From NCBI GenBank assembly GCA_039190745.1, contig JBCCXZ010000069.1:1-17649 (forward strand): 17,649 nucleotides of DNA, given 5' to 3'. Origin of the DNA: Planctomycetota bacterium (GTDB lineage Bacteria; Planctomycetota; Planctomycetia; Pirellulales; Lacipirellulaceae). Shown here one piece after another: positions 8,927 to 17,649 of this stretch (position 1 is its first letter; every line of letters starts with the position of its first letter). The position numbers were made by a program, and so were the translations under genes. The notes beneath the pieces were generated by a model. The model worked only from the letters and a program-made list of their open reading frames with translations, made no database searches and was not told the DNA's origin.

Positions 8927-10762
8927 ATGGTCGGCCCGCTGTTCCGCGTCGAGATGGTCGCGACCGCCCGGCAGGGCCGGTTCTTCGCGCTCCGCGTGCT
9001 CTACGGCGCCTTGATCCTTCTGGCAATGTGGTCGGCGTTCGAGACCGCCGGCTCCTTCAACCGCGGCTTTGGGGGCGGGCAAACCACGTCGATCCAAGCC
9101 TCCGCCGCCCGGGCCAACGCGTTCTTCGTCGCCTACACCTGGCTGCAAACCCTCGCGATCCTCGCCGTCGCCCCCGCGATCGCGTCCGGCACCGTCGCCA
9201 CCGAGCGCGAGCGACGCACCATCGAGTACCTGTTCGTCACCGACCTCTCCAACCGCGAGATCATCCTCGACAAACTCCTCGCCAAGCTGGCGGTCGTCGC
9301 CAATTTCGTGGCGTTGGGGCTGCCGATCCTCTTCCTCTTCCGGCTGATGGGCGGCATCGCCAGCGACATGCTGCTCGGTTCGTTTATCGGGGCCGCGAGC
9401 TTGGCCGTCATGCTCACCGGCCTGGGCTTGTTCGTCTCGGTCTGCTCGCAGAAACCGCGAGACGCGTTGGTACGAGTCTATCTGCTCATCGGCGTCATCG
9501 TCGTGCTGCCTGGGCTCGTGGTTGCGCTCTGCGCGGGCCTCCGCCAAGCGGGGTACGGCGGCGTGCTGCTCGACATCGTGGAAACGATCAACGGTTTCTT
9601 CGTGATGATCAACCCTTTCGTGCTCGGAGGCCTGACCACCGGCACGTGGATGACGACGAACCTCGGCTTCCAGTGGAAAGAAATAGCCCTCTCCGCAGGC
9701 GGGCAATTCGCGCTCGGAGCCGCGGCCGCTCTCGCTGCTGCGGCGCTCGTCCGTCGTGTGCACCTCAAAGAGACGTCCCGCTCGGTAAGCGTGTCCAAGC
9801 GGAAACAGCTAACCGGCCGCCGCCGAGGCTGGCCGTCCTCGCTCGGAGCACGCCCGATGCTCTGGAAAGAGATGTACTCCGGAACCTCGCAAACCAAACT
9901 CGGTTTCATGGGCCAGATCGCCGCGGCTCTGCTGATCATCGGCTTGCTCGGCACTACGCTGTGGGTGTTCCTCGAAACGGTGGAGCAGAGACAGTTTCGG
10001 GGAACGAATGCCAATGACAACTTTTTCGGGTACCTGCTTGGCGTCACCGGGTTCGTCGGATCTGCCATCCTGCTGCTGCTCGGGTCTCGCGCGTCGGGGC
10101 TCGTTACCCTGGAGAAAGAGCGGGACTGCTGGCTCTCGCTCATCGCGACGCCGCTCACGGGCAAAGAGATCGTCCAGGGCAAGGTGCTCGGGAACATGTA
10201 CGCCGCCCGCTGGATGTTCGCCGTGCTGGCCGCCTGCTGGGCATTCGGGGTTGCGATCGACCCGGCTTGGCTGTTGGTTGCACTAGCAACCTCCGCTGTG
10301 CTGGCAATCTTGAGTTGGTACGTCTCGCAGGTTGGGGTGGGCTACTCACTGCGGTCTAGTACGACGCTCCGCTCCAACCTGATCACGGTAGGGACTCTGA
10401 TGCTCGCCGGCGGCGGCTACCTGTTCTGCTGCTGCGCTATCGCAGTGGGGGGGGCTGGCGGCGAAGAGATGATCCTTGGCCTATGCGCTTGCATACCTAT
10501 GCTGATCGCCTATCCGGGCATGGCTTACCAGTTCTTCACCCAGGAATGGGGAGGCGACGAGTTCGCTTACTTCAGCCTCGCGTTCGGCCTGGGGATCTTC
10601 GGCTACTTTGCTGCGGGGGCGACCATCGGGCTCAACAATCAACGTGACTTCGACCGGATCGCCGGCCGAGTGAGCGGCAGACCTTTCAAGGCTCAAGAAC
10701 CGGTCGCGGCTTCTGCAGGCGGTCCGGCCGGAGGGTCTGCGGAAGCCCCGCCCGGCATGTAG
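8927..10762 (+). CDS. ABC-2-type (NosY/GldF-like) transporter permease with two fused membrane domains
   Basis: Many TM helices and two coupling-type motifs, ERERRTIEYLFVTDLSNREIILDKL and EKERDCWLSLIATPLTGKEIVQGKV. Confidence 0.85.
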   Translation: MVGPLFRVEMVATARQGRFFALRVLYGALILLAMWSAFETAGSFNRGFGGGQTTSIQASAARANAFFVAYTWLQTLAILAVAPAIASGTVATERERRTIEYLFVTDLSNREIILDKLLAKLAVVANFVALGLPILFLFRLMGGIASDMLLGSFIGAASLAVMLTGLGLFVSVCSQKPRDALVRVYLLIGVIVVLPGLVVALCAGLRQAGYGGVLLDIVETINGFFVMINPFVLGGLTTGTWMTTNLGFQWKEIALSAGGQFALGAAAALAAAALVRRVHLKETSRSVSVSKRKQLTGRRRGWPSSLGARPMLWKEMYSGTSQTKLGFMGQIAAALLIIGLLGTTLWVFLETVEQRQFRGTNANDNFFGYLLGVTGFVGSAILLLLGSRASGLVTLEKERDCWLSLIATPLTGKEIVQGKVLGNMYAARWMFAVLAACWAFGVAIDPAWLLVALATSAVLAILSWYVSQVGVGYSLRSSTTLRSNLITVGTLMLAGGGYLFCCCAIAVGGAGGEEMILGLCACIPMLIAYPGMAYQFFTQEWGGDEFAYFSLAFGLGIFGYFAAGATIGLNNQRDFDRIAGRVSGRPFKAQEPVAASAGGPAGGSAEAPPGM

Positions 10763-11754
10763 CGGCAGAAGGCGATCCCAGCAAAGTACAGCACCACCAG
10801 CGGCACGCCCATCAGCAGCATGCTGCCCGGGTCGGCGGGGGTGAGGAACATCGAGATCACGGCGATCACAAGCACGGCGATCCGCCACTTCTCGATGTAA
10901 GCCTGCACGGTAAAAACACCGATCCGCTCCAGGAACAGCATGACTAGCGGCAACTGGAAGCTGACCCCGAACCCCAGGGGCAGAAGCAACACAAAGCCGA
11001 GCCAGTCGCTGATCCTGGGGAAGGGCGCGATGCCCATCCGCGCGTTGAACCAAAACAGGAAATCGAGCACAAAGTCGAAGACGACAAAGAAGGCCAGCGC
11101 GGCGCCCGCGAAAAACAACCCAAGGCTGATGGGGAGGAAGGTGTAGACGCTGTTCCGCTCGTTCTTGTAGAGCCCGGCGGCTACGAAGTCCCATAGGAAA
11201 TAAAAGATCAGCGGGCTGGCGACGATGGCGCCCAGTACGACAGACGCCTTCATATAAACCATGAAGGGTTCGTGTGCGCTGAGGCCGACCACGCTAAGCC
11301 TCGGGTCTTCTTCGAGCGGCCGAAATGCCCTCAGCCGAACCAGCGCATCGGGACCCGCGGCTTTCGAGTCAGCGCCAGAGGAGGAGTCGACTCCGAGAAC
11401 GCCCTGAAGCTCTGCCGGGTCGACGAAGATCTCGTACGGCACGTAGCCCGAATCTGCGTACTGCTTGGCGGCCGACTCGATATCAGCAGGAGTGGGTTCC
11501 CCAGATTGCCGCATCTCCTGAAACCGCTCCAAGACCTGCTCCTCGGCCCGATCTTGGTAGAACGACTCGAGGGCCTCGCGGAGCGGGATCTGGATGAAGT
11601 CGACCAATTGCTGCCCGAAGAGCAAGCCCACCAGAGTCCCCAAGAGCAGCGAGCCCAGCGACTTGAAGAGCGTCGACCGCAACTCTTCAAGGTGCTCTGC
11701 GAACGACATCTTCGACTTCTCGAAGACCGCTTCGTCGTCCTCGGTAGGGGGCAT
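10693..11754 (-). CDS. tatC: Twin-arginine translocase subunit TatC
   Basis: MSFAEHLEELR, WDFVAAGLYKNE, FGVSFQLP, KWRIA, FLTPADPGSM. The start is uncertain (ATG 11754 or 11814). Confidence 0.95.
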   Translation of the reverse strand: MPPTEDDEAVFEKSKMSFAEHLEELRSTLFKSLGSLLLGTLVGLLFGQQLVDFIQIPLREALESFYQDRAEEQVLERFQEMRQSGEPTPADIESAAKQYADSGYVPYEIFVDPAELQGVLGVDSSSGADSKAAGPDALVRLRAFRPLEEDPRLSVVGLSAHEPFMVYMKASVVLGAIVASPLIFYFLWDFVAAGLYKNERNSVYTFLPISLGLFFAGAALAFFVVFDFVLDFLFWFNARMGIAPFPRISDWLGFVLLLPLGFGVSFQLPLVMLFLERIGVFTVQAYIEKWRIAVLVIAVISMFLTPADPGSMLLMGVPLVVLYFAGIAFCRYMPGGASADPPAGPPAEAATGS

Positions 11755-11909
11755 AGGCAACGCGGCAGCGGCGGGGGAGGGCGGCCTGAAACGGCCCGGA
11801 TCCAAGTCCCTCATCCTATCAACGGGCCGATCGGGTCACAACGCGGTTGATCGCGGCGGACTGGCGGGCGATGATTTGCGTCCTCCCGAAAATTCATCGA
11901 GAAGAAGCC

Positions 11910-12884
11910 ATGACCTCGCTCAACTACGCGCTCCGTTTCAGCCCCATTCTCAAGAAAGCCATCTGGGGCGGGAGGCGTCTGGGCACGATGCTCGGCAAAC
12001 CCATCGGCGAGGGAGAGGATTACGCCGAAAGTTGGGAGGTGGTCGACCACGGGGCCGACCAGAGCGTCGTCGCCAACGGTCCCTTAGCCGGTAAGACACT
12101 CGCCGAGCTAGTTGCCCAGCACCCGACGGAACTCTTCGGACGGCACCCGGGAGCGGAGCGATTTCCGTTGTTGCTCAAGTTCCTCGATTGCAACCGTACC
12201 CTGTCGGTTCAGGTCCACCCGAACGACCAGCAGGGCGCGTTGCTCGACCCGCCCGACTTGGGCAAAACCGAAGCCTGGGTCGTGCTGGCCGCGGACGAGA
12301 ATGCTCTGATCTACGCGGGGCTCAAGGACGGGGTGGACGCAGCGACACTGGAAGAGGCGGTTGCCCGGGGCGAGTGCGACCGGTGCCTCCACTCCTACAA
12401 GCCGGAAGTGGGTGACTGTGTCTTCATCCCGGCCGGGACCGTGCACGCATTGGGAGGCGGGCTGGTGATCGCCGAGATCCAGCAGGCAAGCGATACAACC
12501 TTCCGTCTGTTCGATTGGAACCGGGTTGGGGCCGACGGCCAACCCAGGCAGTTGCATGTTCAGGAGTCGCTCGACACGATCGACTTCTCGCGCGGGCCGG
12601 TCGAGAAGCAGGCGCCCAAGGCGGTCGTGGACGGCCGGGGCCGGCTGGTGGAATGCGACAAGTTCGTTCTCGACCGCATCCGCAGCGATCGGCCGATCGA
12701 AGTCGGCGGCGATGAGCGCTTTCACATCATCGTGTTGGTCGATGGCGCCGTCAGCTTCTCGGACGCGAGCGGCGAACAAGCGTTTGCCAGCGGTGAGTCG
12801 CTCTTGCTCCCGGCGACCGCTGACCGATTGTCACTCGCTCCGGGCGGAGCCGTAGAACTGCTGGATATGTACCTGCCTGCTTGA
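11910..12884 (+). CDS. manA: Type I phosphomannose isomerase (cupin)
   Basis: IWGG, ESWE, FPLLLKFLD, LSVQVHP, KTEAW, PAGTVHA, EIQQASDTTFRLFDW; ATG 11910 chosen. Confidence 0.92.
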   Translation: MTSLNYALRFSPILKKAIWGGRRLGTMLGKPIGEGEDYAESWEVVDHGADQSVVANGPLAGKTLAELVAQHPTELFGRHPGAERFPLLLKFLDCNRTLSVQVHPNDQQGALLDPPDLGKTEAWVVLAADENALIYAGLKDGVDAATLEEAVARGECDRCLHSYKPEVGDCVFIPAGTVHALGGGLVIAEIQQASDTTFRLFDWNRVGADGQPRQLHVQESLDTIDFSRGPVEKQAPKAVVDGRGRLVECDKFVLDRIRSDRPIEVGGDERFHIIVLVDGAVSFSDASGEQAFASGESLLLPATADRLSLAPGGAVELLDMYLPA

Positions 12885-13047
12885 CGCTCTCCCTGTGCAT
12901 CTACGCTCTCAAAGCACATGTGAAAGCCTCTGCTAGCAAGGCGATCGGGTCGTCTGTACGCCGACGCGCGGTCTTTCTAGACTCCTTCGCCCCCAGAAGT
13001 CCGCCCCCTAGAAGTCCTTCCCGCCCAGCAGACAGGCTGCTCTGCAC

Positions 13048-13323
13048 ATGCCGGCACAACCGCAAGTACGCCTGCTGATCGCCATCGGGCTCACAGTATC
13101 GCTGTGCCTGTACGGCTGCTCGTCGACGGTCCGCCAACCGCGTCTCCGTTCGCCGGGGACCGCGCCCGTCCAGCGCTACAACGCCACCCAGTTCGACCCC
13201 TACCCGCAGAACGATGTGGGCCCGGAAATCGTGGGCGGGCGGCCGATCGATTTCCAGCTGCCCCCGGACGAGGTCGTGCGTGCCAGACAAGAGCGGCCGT
13301 TTGGGCCGTTTCAGGCTCGCTAG
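13048..13323 (+). CDS. Small Pro-rich putative lipoprotein
   Basis: Hydrophobic leader ending in lipobox-like LYGC, followed by PGT..QR..A..FDPYP..DVGPEIVGGRP; fills the gap between manA and rluB. Confidence 0.75.
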   Translation: MPAQPQVRLLIAIGLTVSLCLYGCSSTVRQPRLRSPGTAPVQRYNATQFDPYPQNDVGPEIVGGRPIDFQLPPDEVVRARQERPFGPFQAR

Positions 13324-13479
13324 CGTTTTGACTCGTAGTGGCCGGTTTCACCGGATTGGCGGACCTTCTGTGTGGGCTAGACCTGGCGGACGTTGGGGTC
13401 TCTGACGACGTGTCAGCTCAGTCCACAGCCGGTTCTCGCCTGCCTTCTGTTGCGGTGAGTGTGGGTCGGCGTCGGATCG

Positions 13480-13488
13480 TGCTAAGAT
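13480..13488 (+). promoter_or_regulatory. Candidate extended -10 promoter for rluB-pyrK
   Basis: TGcTAAGAT about 50 nt upstream of ATG 13539. Confidence 0.35.
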
Positions 13489-13538
13489 ATTGGGCTACTC
13501 CAAAATCACACGAAGTCCACGGACGCGAGAATGCGCCG

Positions 13539-14486
13539 ATGATCAAGCGAAAGAGCCCACCCCGCCATCGGCGCCGATCTCCACAACCTGCAGAGCGGAG
13601 CACAGCTGTCCCCGGTTCGGCTGAGTCGGTCCGAAGCGATGGCGAGAGGTTGCAAAAAGTCCTCGCGGCCGCGGGCGTGGCCAGCCGGCGAGAGTGCGAA
13701 CAGATCATCCTGGAAGGCCGGGTCGAAGTCGACGGAGAAGTCGTTACGGAGTTGGGCTCTCGGGTCCGCCCGGGCGAACAGACGATCCACTTCGACGGCG
13801 AGCAACTCCGCACGCAGAAGCTGGTCTACTTTGCGGTCAACAAACCCACGGGGGTCGTTTGCACTTCGCGGGATCCGGACGGCCGCCCGCGTGTGATCGA
13901 CATGCTGCCCCCGGATATCGGCCGAGTCTTCACAGTCGGTCGGCTCGACCTCGCCAGCGAGGGTTTGATTCTGGTGACGAACGACGGGGCCCTGGCTAAC
14001 CGGCTCACCCACCCTCGCCACGGTGTCCGCAAGGTCTACGAAGTTCAGGTTGCTGGGGAAGTAGGCCCCACGGTGGTTCAGCAGCTCAAGAAGGGCGTCC
14101 ACCTGGCAGAGGGTTTCGCCCAAGCGTCCGGCGCCAAGGTTAAGAGCAAAAAGAAACGCTCCAGTGTGCTGGAGATGACCCTTGAGGAAGGTCGGAACCG
14201 CGAGGTGCGACGTTTGCTGGCGCGGCTGGGCCACAAAGTGCAGCGGCTGACGCGGATTGCGGTCGGGCCGATCCGACTCGGTGAACTCCCGTTGGGCGCC
14301 ACTCGAAAGCTCGCTCCGGAAGAAGTGAGCAAGCTGCGGAAGTGGGCCGAGGAGAGCCGGCCAACGAACCGCCCCAAGCGACGCCGTCGCAGGCCTGAGA
14401 AAACGGGTCAGTCGGCGACGCACCCCGGCAAAGAACCCGGCCGCCGGGTGATTGGGAGCCAACCGAAGAAGAGGCGGGCCAAGTGA
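13539..14486 (+). CDS. rluB: rRNA pseudouridine synthase, RsuA/RluB family with S4 domain
   Basis: ERLQKVLAAAGVASRRECE (S4), NKPTG, catalytic VGRLD, EGRNREVRR; basic N- and C-terminal tails. The exact paralog assignment is inferred. Confidence 0.9.
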   Translation: MIKRKSPPRHRRRSPQPAERSTAVPGSAESVRSDGERLQKVLAAAGVASRRECEQIILEGRVEVDGEVVTELGSRVRPGEQTIHFDGEQLRTQKLVYFAVNKPTGVVCTSRDPDGRPRVIDMLPPDIGRVFTVGRLDLASEGLILVTNDGALANRLTHPRHGVRKVYEVQVAGEVGPTVVQQLKKGVHLAEGFAQASGAKVKSKKKRSSVLEMTLEEGRNREVRRLLARLGHKVQRLTRIAVGPIRLGELPLGATRKLAPEEVSKLRKWAEESRPTNRPKRRRRRPEKTGQSATHPGKEPGRRVIGSQPKKRRAK

Positions 14487-15385
14487 CCGGCGAAGCAGAG
14501 GTCGCGGACGCTCACGCCCTCTCGGCCGGCTACTACGCAGACCACGCAGCGGTTTGCCAAGGGCGGGTCCTGGAGAATGTTCGATTGGCACGGGACACGT
14601 ACCGGGTGCGTATTGAGTGCCGCCAGATCGCCGCCTCGATCACGCCCGGTCAGTTCGTCATGATCCGGCTGCCGGGCCACAGCGACCCGCTGCTGGGGCG
14701 ACCCTTTGCTCTTTACGATACGGCGCTCTCGCCGGCCGGTGAGCCGTACGCTCTCGACATAGTCTACCTCGTTGTTGGAAAGCTCACGGGCCTGCTCTCT
14801 CGGCTAGACTCGGGCGACACCGTTGAGCTTTGGGGCCCGTTGGGCAACGGTTTCAGCACGGCGTCCACAGAGCACCTCATCATGGTCGCCGGCGGTATCG
14901 GTCAAACCCCGTTCTTAGCGCTCGGCCGAGAGTTCCTGGGCAAACGGAGCTATGGTTCGCCACCGCGGAGCGTCGAAGCTGCAAGTCAAGTCACGCTTTG
15001 CTACGGCGTGCGTACCCACGAGTACGCAGCCGGAGAGCAGGACTTCCGCGATTGCGGAGTTGACGTAAGGCTCAGCAGCGACGACGGGAGCGTCGGGAAA
15101 CCGGGTCTTGCGACCGGCGTTCTTCAGGAAGTGCTGAGTGCTTGCCCACAAGGCCAGCGGAAACGCATCGTCTGCTGCGGGCCCGAGCCCATGATGGAAG
15201 CGGTGGCTCGCATCGCGGCGGAAACAGAGACGCCTTGCGAGGTCTCGCTTGAGACGCCAATGGCTTGCGGCGTCGGCATCTGCTTCAGCTGCGTCACGCG
15301 GGTCCGTCAGAAAGACGATGGGTGGGACTACAAGAGGACCTGCGTCGAAGGACCGGTCTTCGACGCGGCCACTATTGAATGGTAA
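14483..15385 (+). CDS. pyrK: Dihydroorotate dehydrogenase B electron transfer subunit (FAD/[2Fe-2S])
   Basis: PGQFVM, LGRPF, GPLGNGF, AGGIG, CGPEPMM, SLETPMACGVGICFSC...TCVEGPVF; GTGA start/stop overlap with the upstream gene. Confidence 0.92.
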   Translation: MTGEAEVADAHALSAGYYADHAAVCQGRVLENVRLARDTYRVRIECRQIAASITPGQFVMIRLPGHSDPLLGRPFALYDTALSPAGEPYALDIVYLVVGKLTGLLSRLDSGDTVELWGPLGNGFSTASTEHLIMVAGGIGQTPFLALGREFLGKRSYGSPPRSVEAASQVTLCYGVRTHEYAAGEQDFRDCGVDVRLSSDDGSVGKPGLATGVLQEVLSACPQGQRKRIVCCGPEPMMEAVARIAAETETPCEVSLETPMACGVGICFSCVTRVRQKDDGWDYKRTCVEGPVFDAATIEW

Positions 15386-15428
15386 TGGCCGAAGGCTGAA
15401 GACCGGATAATCAAGCCGCCCGGAGCGC

Positions 15429-15695
15429 CTACGACTTGATGCCCTTGATGGCGTGTGAGAGCCGGGACTTGGTGCGGGCCGCCTTATTGGCGTGGATCAC
15501 GTTCTTGGCCGCGGCCTGATCGAGCTTCTTCGCCGCGGTGCGGAACTCGGCCTCGCTCTTGTCGACATCGCCTTCGCCGATCGCGATCCGCACCTTCTTG
15601 ATCTGCGTGCGGACGGCGGACTTGATCGTGCGATTGTGCAAGCGTCGGGCCTGGTTCTGGCGGAGACGCTTCTTGGCGCTGGCTGAGTTTGGCAT
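15429..15695 (-). CDS. rpsT: 30S ribosomal protein S20
   Basis: [13 protein letters not shown]...[14 protein letters not shown]...[22 protein letters not shown]. Confidence 0.98.
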   Translation of the reverse strand: MPNSASAKKRLRQNQARRLHNRTIKSAVRTQIKKVRIAIGEGDVDKSEAEFRTAAKKLDQAAAKNVIHANKAARTKSRLSHAIKGIKS

Positions 15696-15777
15696 CTTGG
15701 CTGTACTGGGGGATCGATTGGAGCGGTTGGCGGGCTGAGAGCCGGCCTGTTTGTTGCCGCCGCCGTATGGCGGCGAA

Positions 15778-17214
15778 TCATAGATTGTTGCGGAGGGCGG
15801 CGATCTTGTCCAGCCGCTCGGAAACGTCTTTATAGGCGAAATCCAGCCCCGCCAGGGCGGTCAGGTACCGCTCGGCGAGGTCCAATTCGCGGAGGCCCGT
15901 GGCCAGCACCCCGGCTCGATAAAGCGCCAGTTTATGTGTCTCTCCGCCTTCTTCGGCGGACGAGTTTGCCGATTCTTCGTAGTTGTTCAGAGCAAGTTTG
16001 TACTGCTCGATCCGGTGGAAGCACTCCCCGAGATCCAACAAAACTTGAGCCCGGCGGCTTTCGAGGGGCCTCGCGGCTTGGAGGACCGGGATCGCCTCTT
16101 TGAACTTGCCCGCGCGTTTGAGCCGGACGCCGAGTTCGAGCTTGAGCATCGCGTTTTTCGGGTCCCGATCGGAACGGGCGGCATAGACCTCCAACTCCAC
16201 CTGATTGGCGTGGGCGCCCATCTGCCGGACTAACTCTGTGGCCTCCTCGGTCGGCTCAGCCGCGGCACGCCTCTCCGCTACGACGAGTTGATTGCGTGCA
16301 CGGGTTAGCTCCACATCTTCCAGCCTCTCGCGAACGCCAAGGTCGCCGCCGCCCGAAACCTCCAACCCCTTTTTGAGCGTTGCTTCTGCTTCGTCGATTT
16401 GCCCGTTACCAAGGTAGTGGTCGGCTAAGTCTGTATAGCCAGAGACTTCGGCCGGCTTGGATTCAACGGCCTTCTTTAGAAGGTCTTCTTGGGGGACGTC
16501 CCCCCCGGTCGCCGCAGCCGACATCAAAGCGATCGAAGTCGCCGAAGTGCTCGGCTCAGCCCCCTGTGCTGCTAGAGAGGCGGAATCGTAGTTGCCGGAG
16601 GTGATTGTTTTTTCGACAGACAATCTAGCTATAGCCTGGGCGGCCTCTTCATTCTCGGGGTCGACTTGTCGGATGCGCTGCCAACACGCGATGGCCTGAT
16701 CGAATTGCCCCAGGTCTTCAAGGGCGCCCGCGGCGGCTTTGTTGACCGGTTGATTGTTGGGGTCCGCCTCCAAAGCCCAGCGGAGGTAGTACAGCCGGCA
16801 ATCGTGGACGCCCAGAAGCCGGCAGGCTTCGGAGAGGTGCATCAAAGTCTGTACGTCCCACGGGTTCAGCCCCAACGCGGAGCACCCCGAGGTGAAGGCG
16901 GCTTCCCAGCGTCGGCCTGACACGGCCTTGGCAAGCGTGGAGCGGTGGCCCTTGATCCGGAGCGTATTGAACCGAGACACCGACTCGGCTCCCCCAAACT
17001 TCTGCTTGAGATTCGCAAGGAAGCTCTGAAGATAAAGCAGGCTGGCGGGGTCCTCGACAACGCACTGAGAGAACAGCCTATTTGCGTACTCGACGTCGTT
17101 GTTTTCGACACAACGCAAACCGTGTTCAAACACGCGTTGAATGCGCTGGCGAGCCGATGGGGACAACGGCTTGCTGGGCGTGGACTGCTGCGGCTCGCCT
17201 CCGGGTGGTGCCAT
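15778..17214 (-). CDS. Tetratricopeptide repeat protein
   Basis: Repeated helical TPR patterns ([47 protein letters not shown]) and C-terminal [19 protein letters not shown] upstream of ATG 17214. Confidence 0.88.
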   Translation of the reverse strand: MAPPGGEPQQSTPSKPLSPSARQRIQRVFEHGLRCVENNDVEYANRLFSQCVVEDPASLLYLQSFLANLKQKFGGAESVSRFNTLRIKGHRSTLAKAVSGRRWEAAFTSGCSALGLNPWDVQTLMHLSEACRLLGVHDCRLYYLRWALEADPNNQPVNKAAAGALEDLGQFDQAIACWQRIRQVDPENEEAAQAIARLSVEKTITSGNYDSASLAAQGAEPSTSATSIALMSAAATGGDVPQEDLLKKAVESKPAEVSGYTDLADHYLGNGQIDEAEATLKKGLEVSGGGDLGVRERLEDVELTRARNQLVVAERRAAAEPTEEATELVRQMGAHANQVELEVYAARSDRDPKNAMLKLELGVRLKRAGKFKEAIPVLQAARPLESRRAQVLLDLGECFHRIEQYKLALNNYEESANSSAEEGGETHKLALYRAGVLATGLRELDLAERYLTALAGLDFAYKDVSERLDKIAALRNNL

Positions 17215-17435
17215 CCAATCCTTCACTCGACCGAGTACGCATGACGCTGATAGACTGAATCTGTATCGGCGTGGGCCACGCACGGAATAGGCATTTGCCT
17301 AATTCCACCGCCGGAGATTCTTACCGCTGCAGGGTGCGGTTCAAAAAAACCGGCCTCGCTAAAGCATTCTAGCACTGAGACGGCGCCAACCAAGCCGAAA
17401 GCCCCTCCCAAGATGCACCCCATGAAAGCCCGTCC

Positions 17436-17649
17436 GTGAACGATGCCCCCGGGACAGTTTACTTGCTCGGGGCAGGACCGGGCGACCCACAGCTGCTCAC
17501 GCTCCGCGCTGTCGACTGCTTGGCCGAGGCCGATGTCGTCGTTTACGACTACTTGGTTGGCGCCGGAGCCTTGGTGCATGTGCGGAAAGACGCTGAGCTC
17601 GTCTGTCTTGGCAGCCACAGCGACGGGCGTGTTTTGTCGCAAGACGAAG
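17436..17649 (+). CDS. cobA: Uroporphyrinogen-III C-methyltransferase, 3'-truncated
   Basis: Not in the ORF track. Manual translation from GTG 17436: [41 protein letters not shown]...LSQDE, the typical SUMT N-terminus. Confidence 0.93.
   Translation, partial: MNDAPGTVYLLGAGPGDPQLLTLRAVDCLAEADVVVYDYLVGAGALVHVRKDAELVCLGSHSDGRVLSQDE

Noticed and set aside
13338..13538. 67-aa N-terminal extension of the pseudouridine synthase
   Set aside because: No recognisable domain, and it contains a promoter-like element; ATG 13539 fits better.
17223..17642. 139-aa minus-strand ORF at the right edge
   Set aside because: Antisense shadow of the clear cobA N-terminus on the plus strand.

Overview
High-GC window whose gene set points to a planctomycete (Pirellulales-like; inferred from PEP-CTERM genes, TatC with a large loop insertion and typical hypothetical families, not from a search). 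It is mostly housekeeping: a stand-alone clpX, serine O-acetyltransferase, a fused ABC-2-type permease, tatC, phosphomannose isomerase, an RluB-type pseudouridine synthase coupled to pyrK, rpsT, a TPR protein and the 5' end of cobA. There are also two PEP-CTERM genes and several exported or membrane hypotheticals. The most notable part is a minus-strand block between clpX and cysE (4.6-7.1 kb): a PEP-CTERM protein, an atypical ZIP transporter and a lower-GC COG4337-like iota-class (metal-independent) carbonic anhydrase with no signal peptide. Other leads are a 450-nt clpX leader tiled with stems, a 21-bp palindrome over a sigma70-like promoter, and a C-rich to G-rich strand shift near 9.5-10 kb. 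No rRNA, tRNA, CRISPR array, IS element or phage gene was recognised, and no complete new system can be shown from sequence alone.
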